Shown here in pieces: positions 40,965 to 49,383 of a stretch of DNA of 64,000 bases. The position numbers and the translations under genes were made by a program. The notes under the pieces were generated by a model. That model was given only the letters and a program-made list of their open reading frames with translations, was not told the DNA's origin and made no database searches. Origin of the DNA: Klebsiella phage KpLz-2_45; sequence record MN871446.1; one strand, 5' to 3'. The stretch's first letter is position 1, and each line of letters begins with the position of its first letter.

Positions 40965-42701
40965 ATGAAAAATATTAAGCGCGATGACATTGAAGGTTAT
41001 GAGTTTAAAAACTCCTTTTTTGTTCAGTCTGCCAATACGCCTGGAAGCGACCTATTAGTCGTTAAAGAAATTATTCATCTTAAAAATAAAGAACAAGTCC
41101 CTAATCTTCGTTTTATCAAAGACTTTAAACGTCCTTATTACGTTACTCGTGAGAGCCAACGTAAGTACAAAGAAAAACGTGTTTGGGAAAGCCTTGATAA
41201 TCTGCGCCGTTACGAGTGCACGCAATCAGCCTTAGCCTCTGATATTCAACGCAAATTAAAAACCGGTAGAGGCGGCGTAAAAACACTCAATCGCAACCCA
41301 TATCTTTTTGGTACTGATATCACTAGTTCTGTTCTGATCAAACATCAGTACATGACGAAATTCCCGCACCTTAAAAGTTTATACCGTGTCGCGCATCTCG
41401 ATATTGAATTTGACGTGGTCGACGGAACGAACAGTATCAACATGATCTCGGTGTCCTGTGGTGACCGTGTCTTTCAAGCGATCACTAAAGCCTATATCGG
41501 AACGAGTATTGATTTCGTTGAGAAAGTCAAACAGTGCTACGAAAGGGAAGTTGTCCCTATCCTTCGCGAAGTCGATCAGAAGATAAAGCAGTTTAAAGAT
41601 AAAAAGATTCATCACCATTTTGACCTCGAAATCTACGAAGCCGCTGACGAAGCTGATGCGGTACAATGGATCTTTAATATTCTCCACAATGTCTTAAAAC
41701 CTGATATGCTATCGATTTGGAACCTGCCTTACGATACCAAAAAGATGATGCAGGCATTAGACCGGAGGAATATCCCACGTGAGTACGTTTTCAATGATCC
41801 TTCTATCCCTGACGAGTTTAAGTTCTTTAACCTCAAAGAAGGCGAAGCGAAGATCTTTGACGCGAACGGCGTAGGGGAATCAAAAGACCCATGTGACCGT
41901 TGGCACCGTGTTCAATCTCCAGGGCACTTCTTCTGGGTTGACCAGATGTCTGTTCGTCGTGCTGTTCGTAAACACCTGAACAAAGAACCCTCTTATGCCT
42001 TAGGCGACATTCTGTACAAGGAATTGGGTTTTGGTAAGTTGAAAGGCGATAAGGGCGTTCGTTCCACCGGGATCGACTGGCACAAACACATGCAGCGCGA
42101 AGAAAAAGTTTTCTACTGCGTTTACAACATGTTCGATAACATCGGTGCCCAACTCCTCGACGAGAAAACAGAAGACTTACGTTCTACGTTTCCTGCTCAA
42201 TGCGGATTCAGTGAACTGCAGTCGTACGGTTCTCAAGGTCGTAAACTTGCTGATGACTTTTACTTTGATCTCTTAGAGAAAGGGTACGTCTTAACGGGTA
42301 CGTCCGATAAGATGGAGAAAGAGCTCGACAAGCATCTGGTTCCACTCGATGGTTGGATCTCTACGTTAGCAGCGCATCTTATCCACGAAGAGATGGGGAA
42401 CAAAGTCCTTAAAGAGCACCCGGGTACATTCACTAAGATCGTTAAGTGGGTATTGGACATCGACGTTAAGTCTTCCTATCCTTCTACTGGGGTATGGATG
42501 AACCTGTCGCAAGAAACCACGAAACGGGCGATGTGTAAAATCATTGGGGTCGATTTCGAGGAACAAAGACGGGCAGGGTTGAACTTGTGTGCAGGGAGGG
42601 TCAACTCCGTCGAAATTGTGACAAAGCTCTGTAAAGCGCCTACTCAATTACAGATGCTTCAGCGCTTCTGTAAGGCGAAGGGAATTAAACTTGAGGATTG
42701 A
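40965..42701 (+). CDS. family B DNA polymerase, N-terminal fragment (3'-5' exonuclease domain + polymerase motif A); split polB
   Basis: Exo I: VAHLDIEFDVV (D-I-E). Exo II: YCVYNMFDNIG (Y-N-x-x-F-D). Pol motif A: LDIDVKSSYPS (D-x-x-S-Y-P-S) about 70 aa before the stop. No motif B (KxxxNSxYG) or C (YxDTDS) before the ORF ends. Confidence 0.8.
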   Translation: MKNIKRDDIEGYEFKNSFFVQSANTPGSDLLVVKEIIHLKNKEQVPNLRFIKDFKRPYYVTRESQRKYKEKRVWESLDNLRRYECTQSALASDIQRKLKTGRGGVKTLNRNPYLFGTDITSSVLIKHQYMTKFPHLKSLYRVAHLDIEFDVVDGTNSINMISVSCGDRVFQAITKAYIGTSIDFVEKVKQCYEREVVPILREVDQKIKQFKDKKIHHHFDLEIYEAADEADAVQWIFNILHNVLKPDMLSIWNLPYDTKKMMQALDRRNIPREYVFNDPSIPDEFKFFNLKEGEAKIFDANGVGESKDPCDRWHRVQSPGHFFWVDQMSVRRAVRKHLNKEPSYALGDILYKELGFGKLKGDKGVRSTGIDWHKHMQREEKVFYCVYNMFDNIGAQLLDEKTEDLRSTFPAQCGFSELQSYGSQGRKLADDFYFDLLEKGYVLTGTSDKMEKELDKHLVPLDGWISTLAAHLIHEEMGNKVLKEHPGTFTKIVKWVLDIDVKSSYPSTGVWMNLSQETTKRAMCKIIGVDFEEQRRAGLNLCAGRVNSVEIVTKLCKAPTQLQMLQRFCKAKGIKLED

Positions 42702-42732
42702 TATCAAAAAAGAAAAGTAACGGCACAGAGAG

Positions 42733-42764
42733 GCTACTGGAACCCTTAACGGGGTTCCAGTAGC
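42733..42764 (+). terminator. intrinsic terminator after polB fragment (GCTACTGGAACC-cttaac-GGTTCCAGTAGC)
   Basis: 12-13 bp stem 30 nt after the stop, followed by GATTGTGTCTTTAG. Confidence 0.55.
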
Positions 42765-42810
42765 GATTGTGTCTTTAGTATCGACAAAGAACCGTTTTTC
42801 TATTGCGGGT

Positions 42811-44184
42811 TTACTTCAATGCACTCTTCCAGTCAAACTTCTCCACTTTCAATGACCTTCCATGCATCGCACTCATCTGGATACCCATAATTATCGATCC
42901 GACCTCTGTAGCCAGTGCCCCTAAAGCGGTCTTCGTATTCTCGAAACGTTTCCCGATACACTTCACGCAGAAGTTACCGTCGGTCGTGTGGCAAAAAAGC
43001 GGTGAGCGGAACAGATAACGTTTCCCATGTGAGGCAGCGGCGATCTCTGGCGTCATGAGAGTGAGTACGTTCTTCTCATCAAAGAAGTAAGACCAATGAA
43101 AACCTTCCTCATTCTCTTTCGTTACCGTGTGCTCCAGCCCAAGTCTGGAACCGCAATCGTCTTCTGCAATAGCCGTGTTCATGAAGAAGCGACCAATGAA
43201 CTTAGCGGCCTCGCCCCCTAAGGCGGTCATAGCGCCTCGGTTGAAGGAACCGTCGATAAGGGAGTTCGCCATCTCCGGAAGTTTATTGATATCCCATTGC
43301 TCTGACAGCGGGTTTTGAATAACCGTGATTTTGTTTCGGTTTTCAAAGTCGTATTCGATAGCGTGGGAGATATAAGCCTTAGCACGGACGACGTCGAAGT
43401 CTTTAGAACCGGGTCTCAGGAATCCTTTCTCGGGGTCTTGGGACTGGAATTCGATATCGTACTTGATCAGTTCGGACATGATTTTGGCGACAATTGCAGG
43501 ATCGTCAAGTTGGTCCTTATACTGTTCGTACAGTGCCGTACGGCGTTTTGCCATGTCAGGGGCAGTAACGATCGTGTAGGGTGTTGCAGCGGGTGTTGCG
43601 AGCTGACACCAGCCCGTTAAAGAGAAAGCGGCCGGATAGTATTTACTTTCCAGTTCATCGGTGTAGATCTTCTGTGGATCGCGTTCACTGGGGTCTTCCG
43701 GGGGTGTTTCTAACAGTTCGGCAATCTTATCTTCGATCTTGCCTATTTTGATCTCACCCGCTATAAAAGGAATACGGTCTTTGAAAGGGTAACAAAGTAC
43801 CGTTTGATTAACCATGACATTCCCTACAAGTGTAGTGACTTTCTCTTTTACGTTGACGAGGTCGCCTGGTTCTAAATCAATTTTGTCTTTGAACCGGAAA
43901 GGGGCGATACCTGGTTCAGCACCTTGAAGAACTTCCCATTCTTTACTGAAGGGATTAAAGAAGACTACCTGACCGTCTTCCTGGAAAAGTTGAAAGGGGT
44001 ATTCCTCGAAATCTTCGCGACGGGGTTCATCTTTAAAGTAAAGCGGGTACTTCCCGTTCGGTCTGCGCTCAGGGTCTTTCTCCGGGTAGTTGACGATACC
44101 AAAAGCATCGATGACCCATCCTTTATAAAGGAAACTGCCGTAGTTCAGAGCAGTTAATAAATAATCGCGTTTAAGCATGGTCAA
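42811..44184 (-). CDS. multisubunit RNA polymerase beta-prime subunit, C-terminal fragment homolog (phiKZ-like split RNAP)
   Basis: [30 protein letters not shown] aligns to bacterial beta-prime ...[57 protein letters not shown] aligns to ...[21 protein letters not shown]. A stand-alone 457-aa ORF. Confidence 0.8.
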   Translation of the reverse strand: [457 protein letters not shown]

Positions 44185-45010
44185 ACTCCGGGAGTGGTAA
44201 TTTAGTCACAATTCTTGAAATTGTTAATAGCGTTTTCGGGTCGATGAAATAATGCGGCAGTTCTTCGCCAATACGCTCTTTGATTTTATCGTTCGGAATA
44301 CCAGCAGCAATCGCAGAGAAAACTGCTAACTTACCAATAACCTCCGGTGTATTCTTTTCCTCTGAAAAGTAATAATCCAGGAAATTAGTTAATGGCTCAC
44401 CTACACTACCGCCGTCTTTGAAGAAACGCACTGCTCGTTCGATCCCGTAGAAATTCAGGGCGTTCTTTGTTCTTTCAACCAGGGCGGTGTCGACGGAATC
44501 GTCTTCGGGGAAACGATAGGTCATTTCGTTGAGGTAATCTCGGAGACGATAGAGTAATGAAGGTGAGACTTCGGCGGTGAGTTCAAGGATCTGATTAGTG
44601 TCGAGCGTATTGTCCACCACGTGCAGTACTTCGGCGATTTTTTCTTTTGGGTCCTCGGCGATTTCTAACGCGTACTTAACCGACTGAAGATCCTCGTGTG
44701 AATCGACGTGATATAAAGCCTGACAGATCTTTGCGAGGAGTTCGAGTTTACCGTAAAGCGGTTGGTCATCGCTCAGGTATAGACCGAACTCTTCAATACC
44801 TTCTACCAACAAGTCGGTGACGATCTGGTCGAATTGTGCGACGTTGTCTACTGTCGTAAATTCATCGAGGTAGGTGGTAAACTGATTAAACTGTAGTTCG
44901 AAAGTACCTGGGTCTAAACGATACAAAAACGGCAGTACAACTTTATATGTTGAAACTCTGGCTTCTGACACCGTACGTGTCAGATAGTTGAGTAAATTGT
45001 CGATCAGCAT
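44171..45010 (-). CDS. hypothetical protein, 279 aa
   Basis: ORF overlapping the RNAP fragment start by 14 nt. Confidence 0.7.
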   Translation of the reverse strand: MLIDNLLNYLTRTVSEARVSTYKVVLPFLYRLDPGTFELQFNQFTTYLDEFTTVDNVAQFDQIVTDLLVEGIEEFGLYLSDDQPLYGKLELLAKICQALYHVDSHEDLQSVKYALEIAEDPKEKIAEVLHVVDNTLDTNQILELTAEVSPSLLYRLRDYLNEMTYRFPEDDSVDTALVERTKNALNFYGIERAVRFFKDGGSVGEPLTNFLDYYFSEEKNTPEVIGKLAVFSAIAAGIPNDKIKERIGEELPHYFIDPKTLLTISRIVTKLPLPEFDHA

Positions 45011-45052
45011 TATTGAGCCCTTATGTAAATTTTAATTCACAGTAAGCGTAAT

Positions 45053-45517
45053 TTGAATGAAAATCTTTTTCTAACTGAGGCAAATGACATGTCTAAAGCA
45101 CGTAAGAAGAAACCCACTAAAAAGCCCGGTTACATGAAGTTACACGGGTTTCAATACATCAATGACATTATTCGGAAATCACCGAAGTTACTCTCCGAAG
45201 CCGCCACTATAGTAGTGCAGTTCGACGCCTTAGATGAAAAAACTCTTTCTTTAGGGGAAATCCTGAAAGGGAAAGAAGAGATCAAGAAGATCGCAGAGAA
45301 AGCACCCTCTATTCGAACGACGCTCGAAGAACTGAAAACCGATTTCGAAACGCTGGTTGCGACACCGGGTAAAAAGGAAGAAGAGCACTTCGCCGATTTG
45401 GTTGGACGTGCTGCTGAATTTATTTCAATGATCACCGAAGACGTGATTGCTCCGATGGCAGAGATCGCGGAGATTGTAGAAAAACGCATTAACCAAAAGG
45501 AAACTGTCAATGTCTGA
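45053..45517 (+). CDS. hypothetical protein, 154 aa (alternative start at MSKARKK, 45089, with SD TGAGG)
   Basis: ORF with K-rich N-terminus. Confidence 0.6.
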   Translation: MNENLFLTEANDMSKARKKKPTKKPGYMKLHGFQYINDIIRKSPKLLSEAATIVVQFDALDEKTLSLGEILKGKEEIKKIAEKAPSIRTTLEELKTDFETLVATPGKKEEEHFADLVGRAAEFISMITEDVIAPMAEIAEIVEKRINQKETVNV

Positions 45518-47234
45518 TTTTGAAAACGAACAGTCCGGTACTGAAGAAACCCCTACTATTCCTACCACGGGTGTAGGTATTCCGGTCACCAAACACGTTA
45601 TCACTGACGACGTGTTTGAGGAAGCGCCGGTAGCAGTCTCCGATGAGACTGTTCAGGAAGACACTGTCACTCCGGCGGAAGAAGAAACCAAACCGGAAGA
45701 AGAGACGGAAGAAAAAGAAGAAGAAGAACATCTTCTCTTTGACGTCGAACCGAATAAAATCGTGATTGATCCGACTCGCCCTATCTTTGTCAGGATCGAT
45801 CCTAATCAACGCGGCATTGCAGCGTTAAGTGTATTACCCACGACGCGTGCTGATGCAGAGACGTTTGAAGAAAGTTTGAATAACGTCACTAACGAAGACC
45901 TTGAATGGATTCTCTCGACTCGTAACGCGACGGATTCAGCGTATCCCGGAAACGGTCTTCTGAAAGCGGCGATACGTAACGGAGCAAAGTGGAAGACTCA
46001 GATCGAGAACCCGACGACAGCAATTCCGCTTTGCGATTACCGCAGTGCGTATAAGATCTTTGATCAACCGGCTACCAAAATTTCGGGTATTGATGCAATC
46101 GATATGTTCACTGCCGGAACTAACCTGGGTCGTCCTGTCACGGTACCGCTGTGGCACTCTGGTTTTTGGGTGAAACTCCGTGCACCGTCGGCTGCATTCT
46201 TAGCGGATATCGACCGTGCCTTAGCCTTCTCGCGTGAAGAGCTGGGTCTGGAAGTCTTTGGGGCGATTGGGGCCAATGACCGTTTGATCTTTGACGAGAT
46301 TCTCGTTGACGCGGCGTTGAAACTCGTTGTAGAAACCAATATCCCGATTGCGAAATCCCCGATGGAATTAAAAGAGGTTATTGACTTCTTTGATATCGAC
46401 AACCTGATCTGGGGTATGGCATTAGCAGCATTCCCGGACGGTTGTGAGATCGCCATTCCGTGCCCGAGCTGCCGTGGTGTGAGTCACGTCAAAGCAAACC
46501 TTCTCCGTATGCGTTTTGTCGACGAGTCGCGTTTGACGCAGGTTCAGATCCGTCAGATGGCCAAAGGGATTAGCCATAAGACAACGCTGGAAGAACTGAA
46601 AAAATACAAAGAAGAGTTCCAAATTCTCAATACCCAGAAATGGGAATGGAACAAACGTACCTTCACCTTCCGTTCGCCGACGATCGAAGAGTACTTAACG
46701 TCAGGTCGAGAGTATATCACTTCGGTTTCCCGTGCGTTAACCGAAACGCTGCGCGATGATATCACCGATGACTACCGTCGCGGTCAGAGCATGAAGTCAA
46801 TCCTTAACACGGAAGAGACAGCGCGGTTCATGCACTTCATTCGTGAGATTCGTATCCCGAACACCAATGAAAAAGGTAATCCGGATAACTACGGGATTGT
46901 TACCGATTCCCATGCTATCCTCGATATCATGCGTTATATTTCGGGTGACTTCGAAGCCAGTGATGGTTTAATCGTGGCAATCAATGATTTCATCAATGAC
47001 GCCATCTGCACTATCATTGGATTCCCTAACGTCAATTGCCCGGCCTGTGGTAAATTCTATCTCTCGAAGACCGGGGAAGCGACAATCATTGTTCCGTTTA
47101 ACCCTGCTGTGGGTTTTTTTATCCTTGCGCAACACAAGATTACGGAAGCGGGGTCGGAGCCACTGACGAATTTAATGACGTTAGGTCTGACCGGTTTGCT
47201 ATCCAAGGTATCGGCCAGCGAGGCTCAGGGTTAA
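45510..47234 (+). CDS. hypothetical protein, 574 aa with acidic N-terminal ~90 aa
   Basis: Long ORF. Start overlaps the previous stop. The N-terminus is E/T-rich (EETKPEEETEEKEEEE). Confidence 0.75.
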   Translation: MSDFENEQSGTEETPTIPTTGVGIPVTKHVITDDVFEEAPVAVSDETVQEDTVTPAEEETKPEEETEEKEEEEHLLFDVEPNKIVIDPTRPIFVRIDPNQRGIAALSVLPTTRADAETFEESLNNVTNEDLEWILSTRNATDSAYPGNGLLKAAIRNGAKWKTQIENPTTAIPLCDYRSAYKIFDQPATKISGIDAIDMFTAGTNLGRPVTVPLWHSGFWVKLRAPSAAFLADIDRALAFSREELGLEVFGAIGANDRLIFDEILVDAALKLVVETNIPIAKSPMELKEVIDFFDIDNLIWGMALAAFPDGCEIAIPCPSCRGVSHVKANLLRMRFVDESRLTQVQIRQMAKGISHKTTLEELKKYKEEFQILNTQKWEWNKRTFTFRSPTIEEYLTSGREYITSVSRALTETLRDDITDDYRRGQSMKSILNTEETARFMHFIREIRIPNTNEKGNPDNYGIVTDSHAILDIMRYISGDFEASDGLIVAINDFINDAICTIIGFPNVNCPACGKFYLSKTGEATIIVPFNPAVGFFILAQHKITEAGSEPLTNLMTLGLTGLLSKVSASEAQG

Positions 47235-47251
47235 TTGAGAAGACAGGCGGA

Positions 47252-47638
47252 TTGGGGAACCTTTCCGCCAAAGTGGCGTTGCGCAGGGCGTACGACCTCG
47301 ATAACGGGATTTACTCTGAAGCAGTAGATGCCAAAGTCCCATTCTCTCTTATTGCGATGCATGAACCTGAAGCGGCTGCAAACAAAGGGAAATGGGATGA
47401 GTTACTCGAAAAATATCACACGCACCAGATTAAAGATTACTTCAACTTTACGTTTACAGATTGGGTGAGTCAACCTAATGATATGGTTGAAAAGCAAATC
47501 AACACTTCTATTCGGTGGCGTGAACGAGAAGTCAATGCTAAATCGGAAGAAACGAAAGAGTTAGAGGCACAACTTTCCCAACAGGGTATTACGGTCCCTA
47601 ACGTTCAAATGATGAAGGAAAAAGGCCATGGCCAATAA
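47252..47638 (+). CDS. hypothetical protein, 128 aa
   Basis: ORF. Confidence 0.6.
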   Translation: MGNLSAKVALRRAYDLDNGIYSEAVDAKVPFSLIAMHEPEAAANKGKWDELLEKYHTHQIKDYFNFTFTDWVSQPNDMVEKQINTSIRWREREVNAKSEETKELEAQLSQQGITVPNVQMMKEKGHGQ

Positions 47639-48266
47639 GTTTGATAAAATCCAAAAGAAATCTCAGGAACTCTCTGACGCAGCAGATGCGGTAGCAGAAA
47701 CGGCTGCTTCGGGTGAGAACGACAACGCTCCTGTTTCAGCAACCGTGGCAACCGAGTCTGCGGTAGGTGGCAGCGTGAAAGTAAGCACGGTCTCTGAAAC
47801 TGCGGCTAAGACTTCAGCTGATGTTTACGCTGGAGAAAGCGATGCGGTCAAATTGATCATTGCACACCTCGAAGACTACGTTCTGAAAATGGCGCCAGAA
47901 AAAGCGCAGACTGAATCTTCACTGAAAGAAAATCAGAGCGTGCTCTATCGGACACTGGAACAACTGGTTAATCTGGACAATGTTGCGGATTTTGCGGTCT
48001 GTATGAAACGTCTGTTTGCGCTGGTTCGCAAATACGAAGACGGAGCCTTTGCGCCCAATATGCGTTTTCGCCGTCTGAGCCTTTTAGCGAAGGGTGATAA
48101 ACAACTCGACAAATACATCGCGTTCGTCGACATGGTTTGCGCGTTTGCTACTCCTGCAGTGCGTAAAACTATCATTCAGCGTTACAACTTGGCACGAGCG
48201 GCAGAATTCGCTAAACCGGATTACCGTGAGCGTCTGATTGAATTCGTGAAGGCGATCAGCGGTTAA
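47628..48266 (+). CDS. hypothetical protein, 212 aa
   Basis: ORF with start overlapping the previous stop, followed by a terminator. Confidence 0.7.
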   Translation: MANKFDKIQKKSQELSDAADAVAETAASGENDNAPVSATVATESAVGGSVKVSTVSETAAKTSADVYAGESDAVKLIIAHLEDYVLKMAPEKAQTESSLKENQSVLYRTLEQLVNLDNVADFAVCMKRLFALVRKYEDGAFAPNMRFRRLSLLAKGDKQLDKYIAFVDMVCAFATPAVRKTIIQRYNLARAAEFAKPDYRERLIEFVKAISG

Positions 48267-48273
48267 GTTATAA

Positions 48274-48307
48274 CTCCCCTCTTCCCGTAAACACGGGAAG
48301 AGGGGAG
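48274..48307 (+). terminator. intrinsic terminator (CTCCCCTCTTCCCG-taaaca-CGGGAAGAGGGGAG + T-rich)
   Basis: 14-bp stem directly after the stop of 47628..48266. Confidence 0.65.
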
Positions 48308-48324
48308 AATATATGTTATTTCAA

Positions 48325-49281
48325 TTAATTCGTTTTATCCCATTCCAACAGAATAAGGTCTACCAACTTTTCTTTTTGAGTCTGGTTAAGACCATCTCCC
48401 AAAAAGAAATAAATAAGGTCTTTTACGACGACTTCTTTTTTATTATCGTAATCAGGGGCGAGGAGAGCGACACGACGTTTTATCTCATCTGGATTAGTCA
48501 GAGAGAGGTCAATGAGAGGTGAATTGATATTAATGAATTTTTCTGTCAAAAAATTCAGTTCAGCAGGGTCATTAAGATCTATCACATACTTATTTCGCGA
48601 GCTTTCATTTACTGGGGTGGGTGTAAAACTCGGATCAGGGCGGTCGTTTGGCATTAACCCAGTTACCGTGAATTGCGGTGTGCGATACGATGAAAGATCT
48701 GGGGATTTACATTTACCAAAAATATCATTGATTTTTTCAGTAATATGTTCTTCATGAGTTGGTTGAGGGGCAATTTCCAACTGGTCGCTGATATATCCGT
48801 TAAAAATAAGATCGAATCCGGTAATGTTAACATTACCATTATTTCCCTCGGCTTCTTTACTCGTGTCTAATGCAGGATAAATATAACGTCCATTGACGGA
48901 TAAACGCGGATAAAAACTGAATTCACCGTCACGTAATCCGTTTGCATATTGGAGGAAATGTTCGTGTGGGGTATTGGGGTTCAGTAATGTGATTTTGACC
49001 GAATAAATTGTTCCGGAAAGATCGCCCTGAAGCTGATGGGTATTTAGGGTGAATTTGGCTTCGGATAAAGAAGGGAAATAATCCATTTGGTTATTTTTAT
49101 TTTTAGCTTCTTCACGAGACACAACGGAAACATAAGCCAAAATAGGCGGAGTAGTTTGTTTTACGGCGCTTATTACCTGGGCTACTTTTTCGATGGGCAG
49201 CAGGCAGGCTTTAGCGACATCCTGCAATGAGAAATAAACGATCATGGAGTCGTTACTTACAATTTTTACTTGATGGTTCAT
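48325..49281 (-). CDS. hypothetical protein, 318 aa
   Basis: Long ORF. Confidence 0.7.
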   Translation of the reverse strand: MNHQVKIVSNDSMIVYFSLQDVAKACLLPIEKVAQVISAVKQTTPPILAYVSVVSREEAKNKNNQMDYFPSLSEAKFTLNTHQLQGDLSGTIYSVKITLLNPNTPHEHFLQYANGLRDGEFSFYPRLSVNGRYIYPALDTSKEAEGNNGNVNITGFDLIFNGYISDQLEIAPQPTHEEHITEKINDIFGKCKSPDLSSYRTPQFTVTGLMPNDRPDPSFTPTPVNESSRNKYVIDLNDPAELNFLTEKFININSPLIDLSLTNPDEIKRRVALLAPDYDNKKEVVVKDLIYFFLGDGLNQTQKEKLVDLILLEWDKTN

Positions 49282-49383
49282 CTTGACCGTACCTTTTCTT
49301 TGTTAGAGCCTCCTAGCGGGCTCATAATAGCTGTGGGTACGTATTTTTTGTTATGAGATCAATTTATCACGAAGGGTCAGATT

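Noticed and set aside
45507-45809. 100-aa minus-strand ORF with a poly-Phe run (FFFFFFRLFFRFGFFF)
   Set aside because: Antisense of the acidic E/K-rich N-terminus of 45510..47234. It is a compositional artefact.
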